A DNA stretch of 64,000 nt from Eggerthellaceae bacterium (lineage in GTDB: Bacteria > Elusimicrobiota > Elusimicrobia > Elusimicrobiales > Elusimicrobiaceae). Under the pieces are notes generated by a model, which was not told the DNA's origin, ran no database searches, and saw only the letters and a program-made list of their open reading frames with translations. The translations under genes were made by a program, and so were the position numbers. The stretch spans positions 22,294 through 86,293 of the forward strand of contig CAVHDF010000001.1 of the NCBI GenBank assembly GCA_963634865.1, given 5' to 3'. Each line of letters begins with the position of its first letter. The stretch's first letter is position 1. Shown here in pieces: positions 17,193 to 26,585 of this stretch.

Positions 17193-18554
17193 ATGATGAA
17201 GAAGTGGGCAGGATTGTTGCTTTGTTTGTTTGTGGCGTCGGGCGGCTTTGCCCAAGGGGCCAAAAACGTCATTTGGCTCATTGGCGACGGCATGGGCCCG
17301 GGCACGATGGGCTTGTTTATGGAGGGCGTGCGTAATACGCAGCTGCCCCAATACCCGGACAAACGTTCCACCTTGGAAAAATTTATCAATGCCTCTGTCA
17401 CGGGGATGTATTTCAACAATACCTATGACACGGTGGTGACGGACTCTGCCTGCGCAGCCACGCAAATGGCCGGCGGCGTGCTGTCCCGCCCGGACCGCGT
17501 AGGGGTGGATTTTGAGGGCCGCCCGACGGTCACTCTGCTGGAAGAGGCACTGAAACAAGGCAAATCCGTCGGCGTGATCACGGACGTATATGTCACTGAC
17601 GCCACCCCGGCCGGCTTTTTAACCCATACGCCAAGCCGTCGCCAAAAATATGAAATTGCCCGGCAGCTGGTGCAAAGCGGAGCGCAAGTGGTGTTGGGGG
17701 GCGGCTTGCAGTTCTTCAACCAAAAAGAAAATAAAAATTTACTCAAGCAAGCCAAAAAACAAGGTTGGCAAGTGGTCAAAAACAGCGCCGAGCTGGCCCG
17801 CGTGCAAAACGGACGCGTGCTGGGCTTGTTCTCCCCGGAGGCGATGCCTTTTTACGGGGATAAAGACCGCTACCCCGCTACGCCTACGCTGAAAGAAATG
17901 ACGCAGAAGGCCTTGGAACTGCTCAGCCAAAACGAAAAGGGCTTTGTGCTGATGGTGGAAGCGGGCAAGGTGGATTGGGCCCTGCACGACAACGAGGCCG
18001 GGCCGAGCTTGTGGGAAATGATGAATTTGGACGAGACCTTGGACACGCTGTGGACTTTTGCCCAGCGCCAGGGCAACACCTTGCTTTACCTCAACGCCGA
18101 CCATGAAACCGGGGTGCCTGTTTTTGAGTACCGCCACTTGGACGCCGATACCTTTCAACATAAATCCGCCCAGGGGGAAATGCTCTACGGCGGAAATACC
18201 GATTACGTCAATTATCCGTATTACCAAAATTTGTTTGCGCATAAACATTTGTTGTATTATGTGTATCCGGCTTTTAAAAATTTGCCCGCCAAAAAACAAA
18301 CTGCGGAAAAATTGCAGGAAATGGTCAACGAAGCCTTAGGCGTGCCGACGGATTTGAAGTTGGACGGCAAAATTCCTTCGTATGAGGAATTGATTGTAAA
18401 GCTCAACCAAGCCCAAGGGCTGCGCTGGGCCACGGGCAACCACTCCGGCGGCATGCTGCTGGGCGTGGCGTACGGCCCGGGGTCGGACGCGTTTGGCGGG
18501 GTGTATCATAACAGCGAGTTAAAGGCCAAGTTTGAAAAAGCTATGGGCTTTTAG
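17193..18554 (+). CDS. Alkaline phosphatase (PhoA family), exported
   Basis: KNVIWLIGDGMG, VTDSACAAT, DATPA, MVEAGKVDWALHDN, ADHETG. Confidence 0.9.
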   Translation: MMKKWAGLLLCLFVASGGFAQGAKNVIWLIGDGMGPGTMGLFMEGVRNTQLPQYPDKRSTLEKFINASVTGMYFNNTYDTVVTDSACAATQMAGGVLSRPDRVGVDFEGRPTVTLLEEALKQGKSVGVITDVYVTDATPAGFLTHTPSRRQKYEIARQLVQSGAQVVLGGGLQFFNQKENKNLLKQAKKQGWQVVKNSAELARVQNGRVLGLFSPEAMPFYGDKDRYPATPTLKEMTQKALELLSQNEKGFVLMVEAGKVDWALHDNEAGPSLWEMMNLDETLDTLWTFAQRQGNTLLYLNADHETGVPVFEYRHLDADTFQHKSAQGEMLYGGNTDYVNYPYYQNLFAHKHLLYYVYPAFKNLPAKKQTAEKLQEMVNEALGVPTDLKLDGKIPSYEELIVKLNQAQGLRWATGNHSGGMLLGVAYGPGSDAFGGVYHNSELKAKFEKAMGF

Positions 18555-18571
18555 CCTACGCGGAGAAGAGC

Positions 18572-19357
18572 ATGGAAGATTTTTTGCAAGATAAACCGAA
18601 AAAAAAGAAAACCAATAAAGTCGTTTTTCGCGGCTACCGGCGTTTGTTTGCCTTGGTGTTTGCCGTGGCGGTATTGTGGCAAACCGTCAGCTTTGTGCAG
18701 CTGCAACTCTCGCGCTATCATGATGCCCTGACGCAAGATTTTAAAGTGGTGCTGGCCTTGACCCGTTCCCAAAGCAATGAAGAGCTGACCGCCTTGGGCG
18801 AAAGCCTCAGCGCCAAAGAGGACATTTTGTCTGTCAAACTCTATTCCCCGCAGGACGGCTTGGCCGCTTTAAAGGCCCGCAATGCCCGTTTGGCGGAGGC
18901 CTTGGTGGCTTTGGGGCGGGAACAAATGCCGGCCTACTTTGAAGTAAAACTGGCCGACCGGGCCGTGAGCAATATCCGTCCCTTTACCCAAAATTTGGCC
19001 GCGGAATACCCGCAGCTTTCCATTAAATATTCCGCTGAAGAAGCCGACCTGGCTTTTTATTCGGGGGTATGTTTGCGCGCGGTTAATTTGGCCTGCGTGC
19101 TGGCCTTGGTGCTGTTTTTTGCGTTTATGTTTATGGTAGAGGCGTATCCTTCCCGCGGGCAAGCCCATTTGGGCGGCGGGGTGGTGTCTGCCTTGGTGGC
19201 GGCGGTATTGTCCGGGGCGGTGTGGTTTGCCTTGGTGTATCCCGCCGGGGTGCTGGTGCAGCCGCTGGAGCAATTTACCTCGCTGGAGCGGCAGCTGGGC
19301 ATTTGGGTGTTTTGCGGACTGTTGGGGTGGACGTTAAGCAAATGGCAAAAATTTTAG
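18572..19357 (+). CDS. FtsX-like permease
   Basis: TM, extracellular domain, further TMs; overlaps the envC-like gene. Confidence 0.6.
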   Translation: MEDFLQDKPKKKKTNKVVFRGYRRLFALVFAVAVLWQTVSFVQLQLSRYHDALTQDFKVVLALTRSQSNEELTALGESLSAKEDILSVKLYSPQDGLAALKARNARLAEALVALGREQMPAYFEVKLADRAVSNIRPFTQNLAAEYPQLSIKYSAEEADLAFYSGVCLRAVNLACVLALVLFFAFMFMVEAYPSRGQAHLGGGVVSALVAAVLSGAVWFALVYPAGVLVQPLEQFTSLERQLGIWVFCGLLGWTLSKWQKF

Positions 19358-20538
19358 CTTTGTTGTGCGTGGGACTTTGTTTTACTCCGGGCTTGTGGGC
19401 CGCCGGGGGCGAAGAGGCGCGCAAACAAGAGCTGCAACGCTTGAAACAGCAAGCGGCGCAAAAGCAAGAGGAACTCAAAAAATACCGCGCGCAGGAGCAG
19501 GCTATTTCCAAGGAAATGGCCGCGTTGGAAAGCCGCAAGGCTGAGGCGCAGCGGCAAAAGAATAAGCTGGAATCGGACATTAATTACGTAGAGCAGACCA
19601 TTTTGTCTACGGAAGACAAACGCGCCGCTTTAGAGCGCAGCCTGCCCATGTGGCGCGGGGTATTGGCCGAGGAATTGCAGCAATATTATTTGGCGCCGCG
19701 GTGTGTCTTTTGCCCCGGGGAAACCTTGCCGGAAGAGGAGCTGCTTTTGGAGCGCGCTTTGACCCATAAGGCGGAGTTTGCCGTAGGGCTGCAAGAGGGT
19801 AGCAAGGCCGCCAAGCAAAAGATTTACGATTTTGAAAAAAGAAATAAAAAACTCATGGCCCAAAGCAGCCAAATTGAGCAGCGCCAACAGGTCATTACGA
19901 CGAACTTTTTAAAGAAACAGCAAGACCTCAAGCTGACCAAACGCAAGGCCGAGGAAATCCGCAAGGAAATCAACGAGCTCAACAAATCCGCCCGCGCTTT
20001 GGATGATTTGTTGGCCAAGTTTGAGCGTCAGCGTAAGGCCGAGGCCGCCCGCAAACAGGCCAAGGCGGACGCCGCCGCCAAGAAAGCCGGGCAAACGGCG
20101 CAAAAGCAATCTTCTATCGCCAAGATAGACGTGCCGGCGCATTCTTTGCCGTGGCCGGTGCAGGGCAAGGTGATTAGCAAATTTGGCAAAGAGTACCGTG
20201 CGGATTTGAATACGTGGATTTTCCGCGACGGCATCAAAATTGCCGCGGCCGCGGGCCAAAACGTACGCAGTGTAGCGGCGGGGGATGTGATTTACGCCGG
20301 GCCGTTCCGCTCGTACGGTAATGTGGTCATTGTGGACCACGGCAAAGGATTTTTTAGCATCTATGGCTTTTTGCAGCGCATAGAGGCGACGGTCGGCGAA
20401 AAGCTGCCGCAGGGCGGCGTGCTGGGTACGGCCGGGTTGGACACGCAACAGAGCTCCGGCACGGGGCGGTATGCGGTTTACTTTGAAACGCGCCAAGGAA
20501 CGACGGCGGTGGATCCGCTGGATTGGCTGAAACAATAA
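19342..20538 (+). CDS. EnvC-like murein hydrolase activator (coiled coil + degenerate M23)
   Basis: Signal peptide, long coiled coil, LPWPVQG, YGNVVIVDHG, VDPLDWL; zinc-ligand His residues missing. Confidence 0.85.
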   Translation: MAKILALLCVGLCFTPGLWAAGGEEARKQELQRLKQQAAQKQEELKKYRAQEQAISKEMAALESRKAEAQRQKNKLESDINYVEQTILSTEDKRAALERSLPMWRGVLAEELQQYYLAPRCVFCPGETLPEEELLLERALTHKAEFAVGLQEGSKAAKQKIYDFEKRNKKLMAQSSQIEQRQQVITTNFLKKQQDLKLTKRKAEEIRKEINELNKSARALDDLLAKFERQRKAEAARKQAKADAAAKKAGQTAQKQSSIAKIDVPAHSLPWPVQGKVISKFGKEYRADLNTWIFRDGIKIAAAAGQNVRSVAAGDVIYAGPFRSYGNVVIVDHGKGFFSIYGFLQRIEATVGEKLPQGGVLGTAGLDTQQSSGTGRYAVYFETRQGTTAVDPLDWLKQ

Positions 20539-20567
20539 TAGGCGCGCCCGCGGGCGCGGAGGATTTT

Positions 20568-21959
20568 ATGAACAACAAACATACAACCAAATGGGTCGCT
20601 GTGGCAGCGGCGGTATTTTTTGTGGGGACGCTGTTTCCTTACGCCTACAGCGCGGCCGACAGCGGGCTGAAGAAACTGCGCACCTTTATTAATGTGCTGG
20701 AATATGTGAAAGAAAATTATGTAGAGTCCATGGACAGCGACACCCTGATTACCGGGGCCATTCGCGGCGTGGTGGATGAACTGGATGATTTCTCCCAGTA
20801 TTTGGAGCCCAAAGATTATAAGAATTTAAAGAACGATACCCGCGGTGATTTCGGCGGACTGGGGATTCGCTTGTCCAAGGTGGACGGCTTTGTGACCGTA
20901 ATGAGCCCCATGCCCAATACGCCGGCGTTTGCGGCCGGGGTCATGCCCGGGGACCGGGTGCTGCGGGTGGACGGCAAAGAAGTCTCGGAAATGGAACTGG
21001 ACGAAGCCGTGGAGTTGATGCGCGGGCCGGTGGGCAGCAAGGTCAATATCGTTATGAGTCGCAAAAACGCCAAAACGGGAAAATATGAAAATTTGCCTGA
21101 GTATCATTTCAAACGGCAGAAAATCGTGCCGGAAGTGGTATACTCCCGCATGTTGAAGGACAAAATCGGGTATATTTATTTGGTGGACTTCTCCGGCCAC
21201 AGCACTGAAGAAGTGCAAAAAGCGTTAAAACAATTGTCTAAACAAGGCATGAAGGCCTTGGTGTTGGATTTGCGTTTTAACCCCGGCGGATTGCTCAATG
21301 GCGCGGCGGATATTGCCAAGCTGTTTATGGGCAATCACCAAACGATTGTCTATACGCAGGGCCGCAAGCCGGAGTTTTACCAAGAGTTTAAAACCGACGC
21401 CACGGCGGCCTATCCGGATTTGCCGATGGCCGTGTTGATCAACCAAGGTTCCGCCAGCGCCAGCGAAATTGTTTCCGGCGCATTGCAAGACAATGACCGC
21501 GCGGTCATCGTTGGCCAGCGCAGCTTTGGCAAGGCCAGCGTGCAGCAGGTGATGCCCTTAGACGGCGGGGCGGGTTTGCGCTTGACCATTGCCAAGTATT
21601 ACACGCCCAAGGGCCGCCTCATCCAGCGCAATTACCGCGACAAGAGCAAAGAAAAAGAGGGGGGCATTTTCCCGGATGTGGAAGTAAAAGTGGACCCGCA
21701 AGAGGAAGCTAAAGTATTTATGCAGTACAATAATGTGGTCTATACCCCGGGCAAAGCAGAGCCCAAGGTGGAGTTTAAAGAAAAAGACCCGGTGTTGGAC
21801 AAAGCCGTGGAAATTTTAAAAGAAGGCCCCGAAAAAATCATAGCCAAAAAGGCCGAGCTGGAAAAAGCCGCCCATGAACAGGCCGAGCAAGAAGCCGGCG
21901 CGGCGCAACAAGCCAAGCAGGCGCAAGCGGCCAAACAAAACGGGACCAAGAGAAAATAG
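20568..21959 (+). CDS. Carboxyl-terminal processing protease (S41A, PDZ)
   Basis: FGGLGI, LDLRFNPGGLL, SASASEIVSGALQD, SFGKASVQ. Confidence 0.95.
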   Translation: MNNKHTTKWVAVAAAVFFVGTLFPYAYSAADSGLKKLRTFINVLEYVKENYVESMDSDTLITGAIRGVVDELDDFSQYLEPKDYKNLKNDTRGDFGGLGIRLSKVDGFVTVMSPMPNTPAFAAGVMPGDRVLRVDGKEVSEMELDEAVELMRGPVGSKVNIVMSRKNAKTGKYENLPEYHFKRQKIVPEVVYSRMLKDKIGYIYLVDFSGHSTEEVQKALKQLSKQGMKALVLDLRFNPGGLLNGAADIAKLFMGNHQTIVYTQGRKPEFYQEFKTDATAAYPDLPMAVLINQGSASASEIVSGALQDNDRAVIVGQRSFGKASVQQVMPLDGGAGLRLTIAKYYTPKGRLIQRNYRDKSKEKEGGIFPDVEVKVDPQEEAKVFMQYNNVVYTPGKAEPKVEFKEKDPVLDKAVEILKEGPEKIIAKKAELEKAAHEQAEQEAGAAQQAKQAQAAKQNGTKRK

Positions 21960-21961
21960 AT

Positions 21962-22984
21962 ATGAAAAAAGATTTTGCCATTTTAGGTATTGAAAGCACC
22001 TGCGACGAAACCTCCGCCGCGTTGCTGGTCGGCGGTAAAAAGCTGCTGAGCAATGTGATTTATTCGCAAATAGAGGAACATAAGAAATACCACGGCGTGG
22101 TGCCGGAATTGGCCAGCCGCGCGCACGCGGCTAAAATCGCCGCGGTGATAGACCAAGCCCTGGGCAAGCACGACATTGACTGCGTGGCTTTTGCCCACGG
22201 ACCGGGGTTGCCCGGGGGCCTGATGGTGGGGCGCGTGGCGGCGGAAACGCTTGCAAAATTTAAAAAAACGCCTATACTAGGTATTAACCACTTGGAAGGG
22301 CATTTGTTTGCTTGTGAATTTGAAAACGGCGAAGTGTCCCGCCCGCTGGAGTTCCCGCTGGTGGCTTTGATTGTATCCGGCGGACATACCGAGCTGTGGT
22401 ACGTCAAGGGCTATGGGGATTATAAAGTGCTGGGCCGCACGCGGGACGACGCCGCCGGCGAAGCGTTTGACAAAGTGGCCAAACTGCTCGGGCTGCCGTA
22501 TCCGGGCGGGCCGCAGGTGTCGGCGCAGGCCTTGCAAGGGCGGCGCGACGCCATTGATTTCCCGCGGCCGCTGTTGCCGGGCACGTGGGAGTTTTCCTTT
22601 AGTGGGATCAAGACGGCGGTCAGCTATTATTTGCGCGACCACCAGCAGGTCAGCGTGCCCGATGTGTGCGCCAGCTTTGAGCAAGCCGTTTGTGAGACTT
22701 TGGTCAAAAAAACCTTGTTGGCGGCGCAGAAGTATAAAGTCAAACACATTGCCGTGGGCGGCGGGGTGGCGGCCAACAGCTTGTTGCGGCAAATGCTGCA
22801 GGAGCAGGGCGCGCAAAAGGGCATGGACGTGCGCTTTGTGCAGCGGGGCATGTCTTCTGACAATGCGGCGATGATTGCCTTGGCGGCGTGGCGGCGGCTG
22901 GAAGCGGCCGGGCCGGATGCATTGAATAAAAAGTGGAATATTAACATTAACCCGAATTTAAAGGTAAAAAATTGGGAGAAATAA
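21962..22984 (+). CDS. tsaD: tRNA N6-adenosine threonylcarbamoyltransferase
   Basis: ILGIESTCDET, GVVPELASRAH, NHLEGH, SGGHT, DDAAGEAFDKVAK, DNAAMI. Confidence 0.97.
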   Translation: MKKDFAILGIESTCDETSAALLVGGKKLLSNVIYSQIEEHKKYHGVVPELASRAHAAKIAAVIDQALGKHDIDCVAFAHGPGLPGGLMVGRVAAETLAKFKKTPILGINHLEGHLFACEFENGEVSRPLEFPLVALIVSGGHTELWYVKGYGDYKVLGRTRDDAAGEAFDKVAKLLGLPYPGGPQVSAQALQGRRDAIDFPRPLLPGTWEFSFSGIKTAVSYYLRDHQQVSVPDVCASFEQAVCETLVKKTLLAAQKYKVKHIAVGGGVAANSLLRQMLQEQGAQKGMDVRFVQRGMSSDNAAMIALAAWRRLEAAGPDALNKKWNININPNLKVKNWEK

Positions 22985-22988
22985 ACGC

Positions 22989-24194
22989 ATGATTTTGTGG
23001 GTAATGCCGGACTGTGGCGCGCGGACTAAAGAAGTATATCATTTGCTTTCTCAGCGTTTTGAGCAAGAGCATCCGGGCGCACAGCTGACGGTGCAAGTGC
23101 TGACGCGCAATATTTTGTGGAAGAAGATTTTTACGCTCAAACACCCGGCCGACGGGGAAGTGATCCCCGATGTGGTGCAAATCCCGCATTATTGGACGGC
23201 GCTGCTGACCCGCGCGGGCGTGGCGGAGAATTTGTCTAAGTTGGACCCGGGGCTCTCGCTTTCTACGGTGCTTTTCCCACTCAAACCCCACTGCTGCAAA
23301 CCGGGCACCAAAGATTTATATTCCTATCCGTGGTGGTTTGACATGAGTGCGTTGCACTACCGCACGGACCACCTCAAAAAAGTAACCGCTCACCCGGAGC
23401 AAGACCTGGCCACTTGGCAAGGCTTGCTGGAGGTGTGCGCGCGCTTGGCCGATTATTTCAAGGACCAAGAGGGCTACTTCCCCATGCAAAACGGGGATTG
23501 GCGCGGCTCTTTGTCCACGCGCAGCACCTTTACTGAAATATGGGGGCGCGGGGCTGATTTGTTCACGCCGGATTTAAAGAATACCCAAATCGGCACGGAC
23601 GCATTTAAGCAAGGGGTGAAGGACTACATCACCTTGGCGCTGAAAAACTATATGCCCATTTTGCGTGAACGCGGCAGCCTGGGCACCATGATGTCGGGCA
23701 AAGCCAGTATGTTGCTCTCGCGCAAACAGGGGGTGGCCAGTTTTGAGGGCAAGAGCCGCGTGCGCGTAAGCACGGTGCCGGTGCCCCGCACGGGGGACCA
23801 GCCGCAGGCGTATCTGTCGGGCATGAACCTGATGATGAACGCCGCCGGCCAAGACAAAGAGACCGCCTTGGAATTTATTAAATGGTGCGCCCGGCCGGAC
23901 AACCAAATCCGCACCGCGGCGGACATGGAAGTATTCCCGGCGTTTGAAGAAAGCTTTGAACAGTTGATTTTTTCCTCTTCGCAGCGGTTGCAAACCTATG
24001 CGGGGATATTGGCCAGCGCCCGTACGCTGCCCAATATTACCATTACGGGTACCGTCGTAGAAATTTTAAACAAAGTGCTGGCCGTCAGCGCCACCCAAAT
24101 TGTGGAGGGGCGTTTTACGCAGGCCAGTTTGGATATAGAGTTGGAGCGCGCCGCCAAAGAAACGCAGTATTTGCTTTCGCTCTATGAGGGGTAA
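22989..24194 (+). CDS. Sugar-type solute-binding-protein-like protein lacking a signal peptide
   Basis: FEQEHPGAQLTVQ, PDVVQI, LYSYPWWFD, ALHYRTD, TWQGLLE, ALEFIKW resemble ABC family 1 binding proteins. Confidence 0.65.
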   Translation: MILWVMPDCGARTKEVYHLLSQRFEQEHPGAQLTVQVLTRNILWKKIFTLKHPADGEVIPDVVQIPHYWTALLTRAGVAENLSKLDPGLSLSTVLFPLKPHCCKPGTKDLYSYPWWFDMSALHYRTDHLKKVTAHPEQDLATWQGLLEVCARLADYFKDQEGYFPMQNGDWRGSLSTRSTFTEIWGRGADLFTPDLKNTQIGTDAFKQGVKDYITLALKNYMPILRERGSLGTMMSGKASMLLSRKQGVASFEGKSRVRVSTVPVPRTGDQPQAYLSGMNLMMNAAGQDKETALEFIKWCARPDNQIRTAADMEVFPAFEESFEQLIFSSSQRLQTYAGILASARTLPNITITGTVVEILNKVLAVSATQIVEGRFTQASLDIELERAAKETQYLLSLYEG

Positions 24195-24196
24195 TT

Positions 24197-25696
24197 ATGT
24201 TTGATAAAGAGGCTTTCACGCTCTTTCAATTCGGCAAAAAATTAAACCAGTCTTTTCAAAACCGCCGCGAACTGTTGGACTGCGCGCTGCCGGCCTTGCG
24301 GGATTTGTTTAAGTTGGACCGGGTGTACTTTTTTAACTGGCAGCAGGAGCGCGCGTTGCTCTCGTTAAATATGATGTGCAAAAAAGAGTACTGCATGGAT
24401 ATGCAAGAGGACATCTCGGTACTCAACGAGCCGGAATTTTTAAAAAAATTATTACAAGACGGCATTGCCGATTCTACGGATTTAAATTACCCCGCGGTGT
24501 ATGTGCTGCTCAAGTGGCAGCGCCCCAGCATGGTGTTGCAGGGCGAAGACATTAAAACCGTTATCAAAGAAAGCGTCGGCGTGTTGCGCCTGGAACGGCT
24601 GCGCAAAAACCGCGTTTTTACTCCGGCGGAAAAGCGTTTGATTAAGGCTGTGGCGGCGGAAATTTCACACAATTTGACCAATACCGAAATTGACCAAGCC
24701 AAAAACCAGCGCCTCAGCGTGGCCACTGCGCTCAACGATTTGGCCACCGTGTTTGCCTCTTCGTTGCGTTTGTCTGACGGGCTGGAACTGATTTTGCAGG
24801 GCGTGCAAAAATATTTCCGCTTTGACCGCGTGCGCCTGTATCAAACCAATTACGACGGCACCAAAATCAAAACCATTTTGGGGGTGGATATCTCCGGCGA
24901 GGTGACGCGCCAAACCGGCGAGGACTTGCCCGAGGACGAGCGCACGCTGTTGGGTGAAATTTTTAACTCCGGCGCGGCCTACCGCACCATTCACAATGTG
25001 GTGTATATTCCGCTGAAAGTGCAGCGCAACAAGGTGGGTTTTTTAACCTTTGACAATTTGCTTTCCCGCCGGCGCATTGATTATTTGGATTTTGTTTCTT
25101 TAAAGCAGTTCTCTTCTCAAATTGCCCTGGCGATTGACAACGCCGCTTTGTTTGAACGCGTGCAAGAGCTGTCTAATTACGATGAGCTGACCAAACTGCC
25201 GGTGCGCCGTTTCTTTAACGAAAAATTCGCCGAGGAAATTTACCGCTCCAAACGGTTTGATTTGATTATGTCGGTTATCGTGTTAGACATTGACCTGTTC
25301 AAACAAATCAACGATACCTACGGCCACCAAATTGGCGACTGGGCGCTCAAAGAAGTCAGCCGCGTCATCCGCACCAGCCTGCGCCAGACGGATTTCCCGT
25401 GCCGCTACGGCGGGGACGAAATGGTGATTATGCTGCCGCGCACCAACGACGAAGAAGCCAAAATCATCGCCAAGCGCCTCAAGGACCGCATTAACGCTAT
25501 TACCATCCCGGACCGTTACACCGACGGGAAAAAGGTGCCGCTGAGCATCAGCCAAGGGATTTCTTCTTTCCCGCAAGACGGGCAAAACGCTACGGAATTA
25601 TTTGAAAAGGCCGACCGCGCGCTGTACTGGGTCAAGGACGGCCGCCGCGGCACCTTCGCCGTCTACCGCGAAGTGTCGGACGAAGTGGAAAAATAG
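24197..25696 (+). CDS. GAF-containing diguanylate cyclase
   Basis: IALAIDNAALFE, DELTKLP, DIDLFKQINDTYGH, RQTD I-site, RYGGDEM, ADRALY. Confidence 0.92.
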   Translation: MFDKEAFTLFQFGKKLNQSFQNRRELLDCALPALRDLFKLDRVYFFNWQQERALLSLNMMCKKEYCMDMQEDISVLNEPEFLKKLLQDGIADSTDLNYPAVYVLLKWQRPSMVLQGEDIKTVIKESVGVLRLERLRKNRVFTPAEKRLIKAVAAEISHNLTNTEIDQAKNQRLSVATALNDLATVFASSLRLSDGLELILQGVQKYFRFDRVRLYQTNYDGTKIKTILGVDISGEVTRQTGEDLPEDERTLLGEIFNSGAAYRTIHNVVYIPLKVQRNKVGFLTFDNLLSRRRIDYLDFVSLKQFSSQIALAIDNAALFERVQELSNYDELTKLPVRRFFNEKFAEEIYRSKRFDLIMSVIVLDIDLFKQINDTYGHQIGDWALKEVSRVIRTSLRQTDFPCRYGGDEMVIMLPRTNDEEAKIIAKRLKDRINAITIPDRYTDGKKVPLSISQGISSFPQDGQNATELFEKADRALYWVKDGRRGTFAVYREVSDEVEK

Positions 25697-25712
25697 TCTT
25701 TTGCATTTTACT

Positions 25713-26000
25713 TTATGGGTAAATCTCATTGTATAAATCTTTCCAATGTGGGTTTAATTGTTTGATTAGGTGCTCTTTCCAGGACCGATTCCATCTTTTT
25801 AATTGTTTTTCTCTTTCAATAGCATAGGCTATGTCAGTAAACTGCTCGTAATAAACAAGTTTATCCACCTTATACTTTTTTGAAAAACCTTCTTGCACTT
25901 TTTGTTTATGTTCGTATACGCGGCGAATTAAATTATTGGTAATTCCAATATATAGTGTGGTATGGCTTTTGTTGGTGAGGATATAGACGAAAGATTGCAT
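25713..26000 (-). CDS. Standalone GIY-YIG nuclease family protein
   Basis: FVYILTN, LYIGITNNL, RRVYEHK, LVYYE, AIEREKQLKRW, NPHWKDL; visibly AT-rich. Confidence 0.93.
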   Translation of the reverse strand: MQSFVYILTNKSHTTLYIGITNNLIRRVYEHKQKVQEGFSKKYKVDKLVYYEQFTDIAYAIEREKQLKRWNRSWKEHLIKQLNPHWKDLYNEIYP

Positions 26001-26040
26001 AATTTTAGTATAACAAGTTTGAAAATAAAAAACTTATAAG

Positions 26041-26293
26041 GCTGAGATCCCCGATAGAGACCCTCGGGGATGACGACATTTTACAACGGCCTGGCTATTC
26101 CGCCCATGCTGTCATTGCTGCAAAAGGTGGTAGTGCAACGGCGAAAGCGACTGAGATCCCCGAACGCTGCGCGCCGCTAGCCCCTCGGGAATGACATTTT
26201 GTTTGATAACAGCTTGGCTGTTCCGTCTATGCCGTCATTCCCGAAGGTTGTAATCGGGAATCTCAACCTTATTGTCTTTTGGTCGTTGCTTTT
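26041..26293. repeat. Cluster of REP-like palindromes, same family as in the pilin cassettes
   Basis: gagatccccgatagagaccctcggggatgacgac 26044-26077; partial unit 26111-26137; 26153-26195; gccgtcattcccgaaggttgtaatcgggaatctc 26231-26264. Confidence 0.9.
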
Positions 26294-26360
26294 GGAGGAT
26301 GTTTCTGGACGTATTTGTTGTTTAAAAAACCCCTTCTCCTCCCCTTATAAAAGGGGGGTT

Positions 26361-26390
26361 TTGACCAAGGGCAAAGAGAAGTGCTATATT
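26361..26390 (+). promoter_or_regulatory. Putative sigma70 promoter of the surface-protein/Tad operon
   Basis: TTGACC-18 bp-TATATT with TG extension; a second TTGACA at 26441. Confidence 0.45.
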
Positions 26391-26585
26391 ATTGTAAGGA
26401 TTTATTTTGATGTATGGACGGACAAAACTGCATAAAACAGTTGACAAGTCCGTTAAAAGTTGCAAAAATTTAAGAGTAAGCATGCCGCGCACTTTTTTGT
26501 ATTAGTTAAAAATACAGGGGTGAGTGCGGTGTTTGGTCGTATAAAGATTTTTAAATAATTCTAAAACGGGATACTACAAACGAAT

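Noticed and set aside
26400..26585. c-di-GMP riboswitch in the leader of the giant gene
   Set aside because: An imperfect hairpin exists near 26483-26531, but I could not match class I or class II consensus elements
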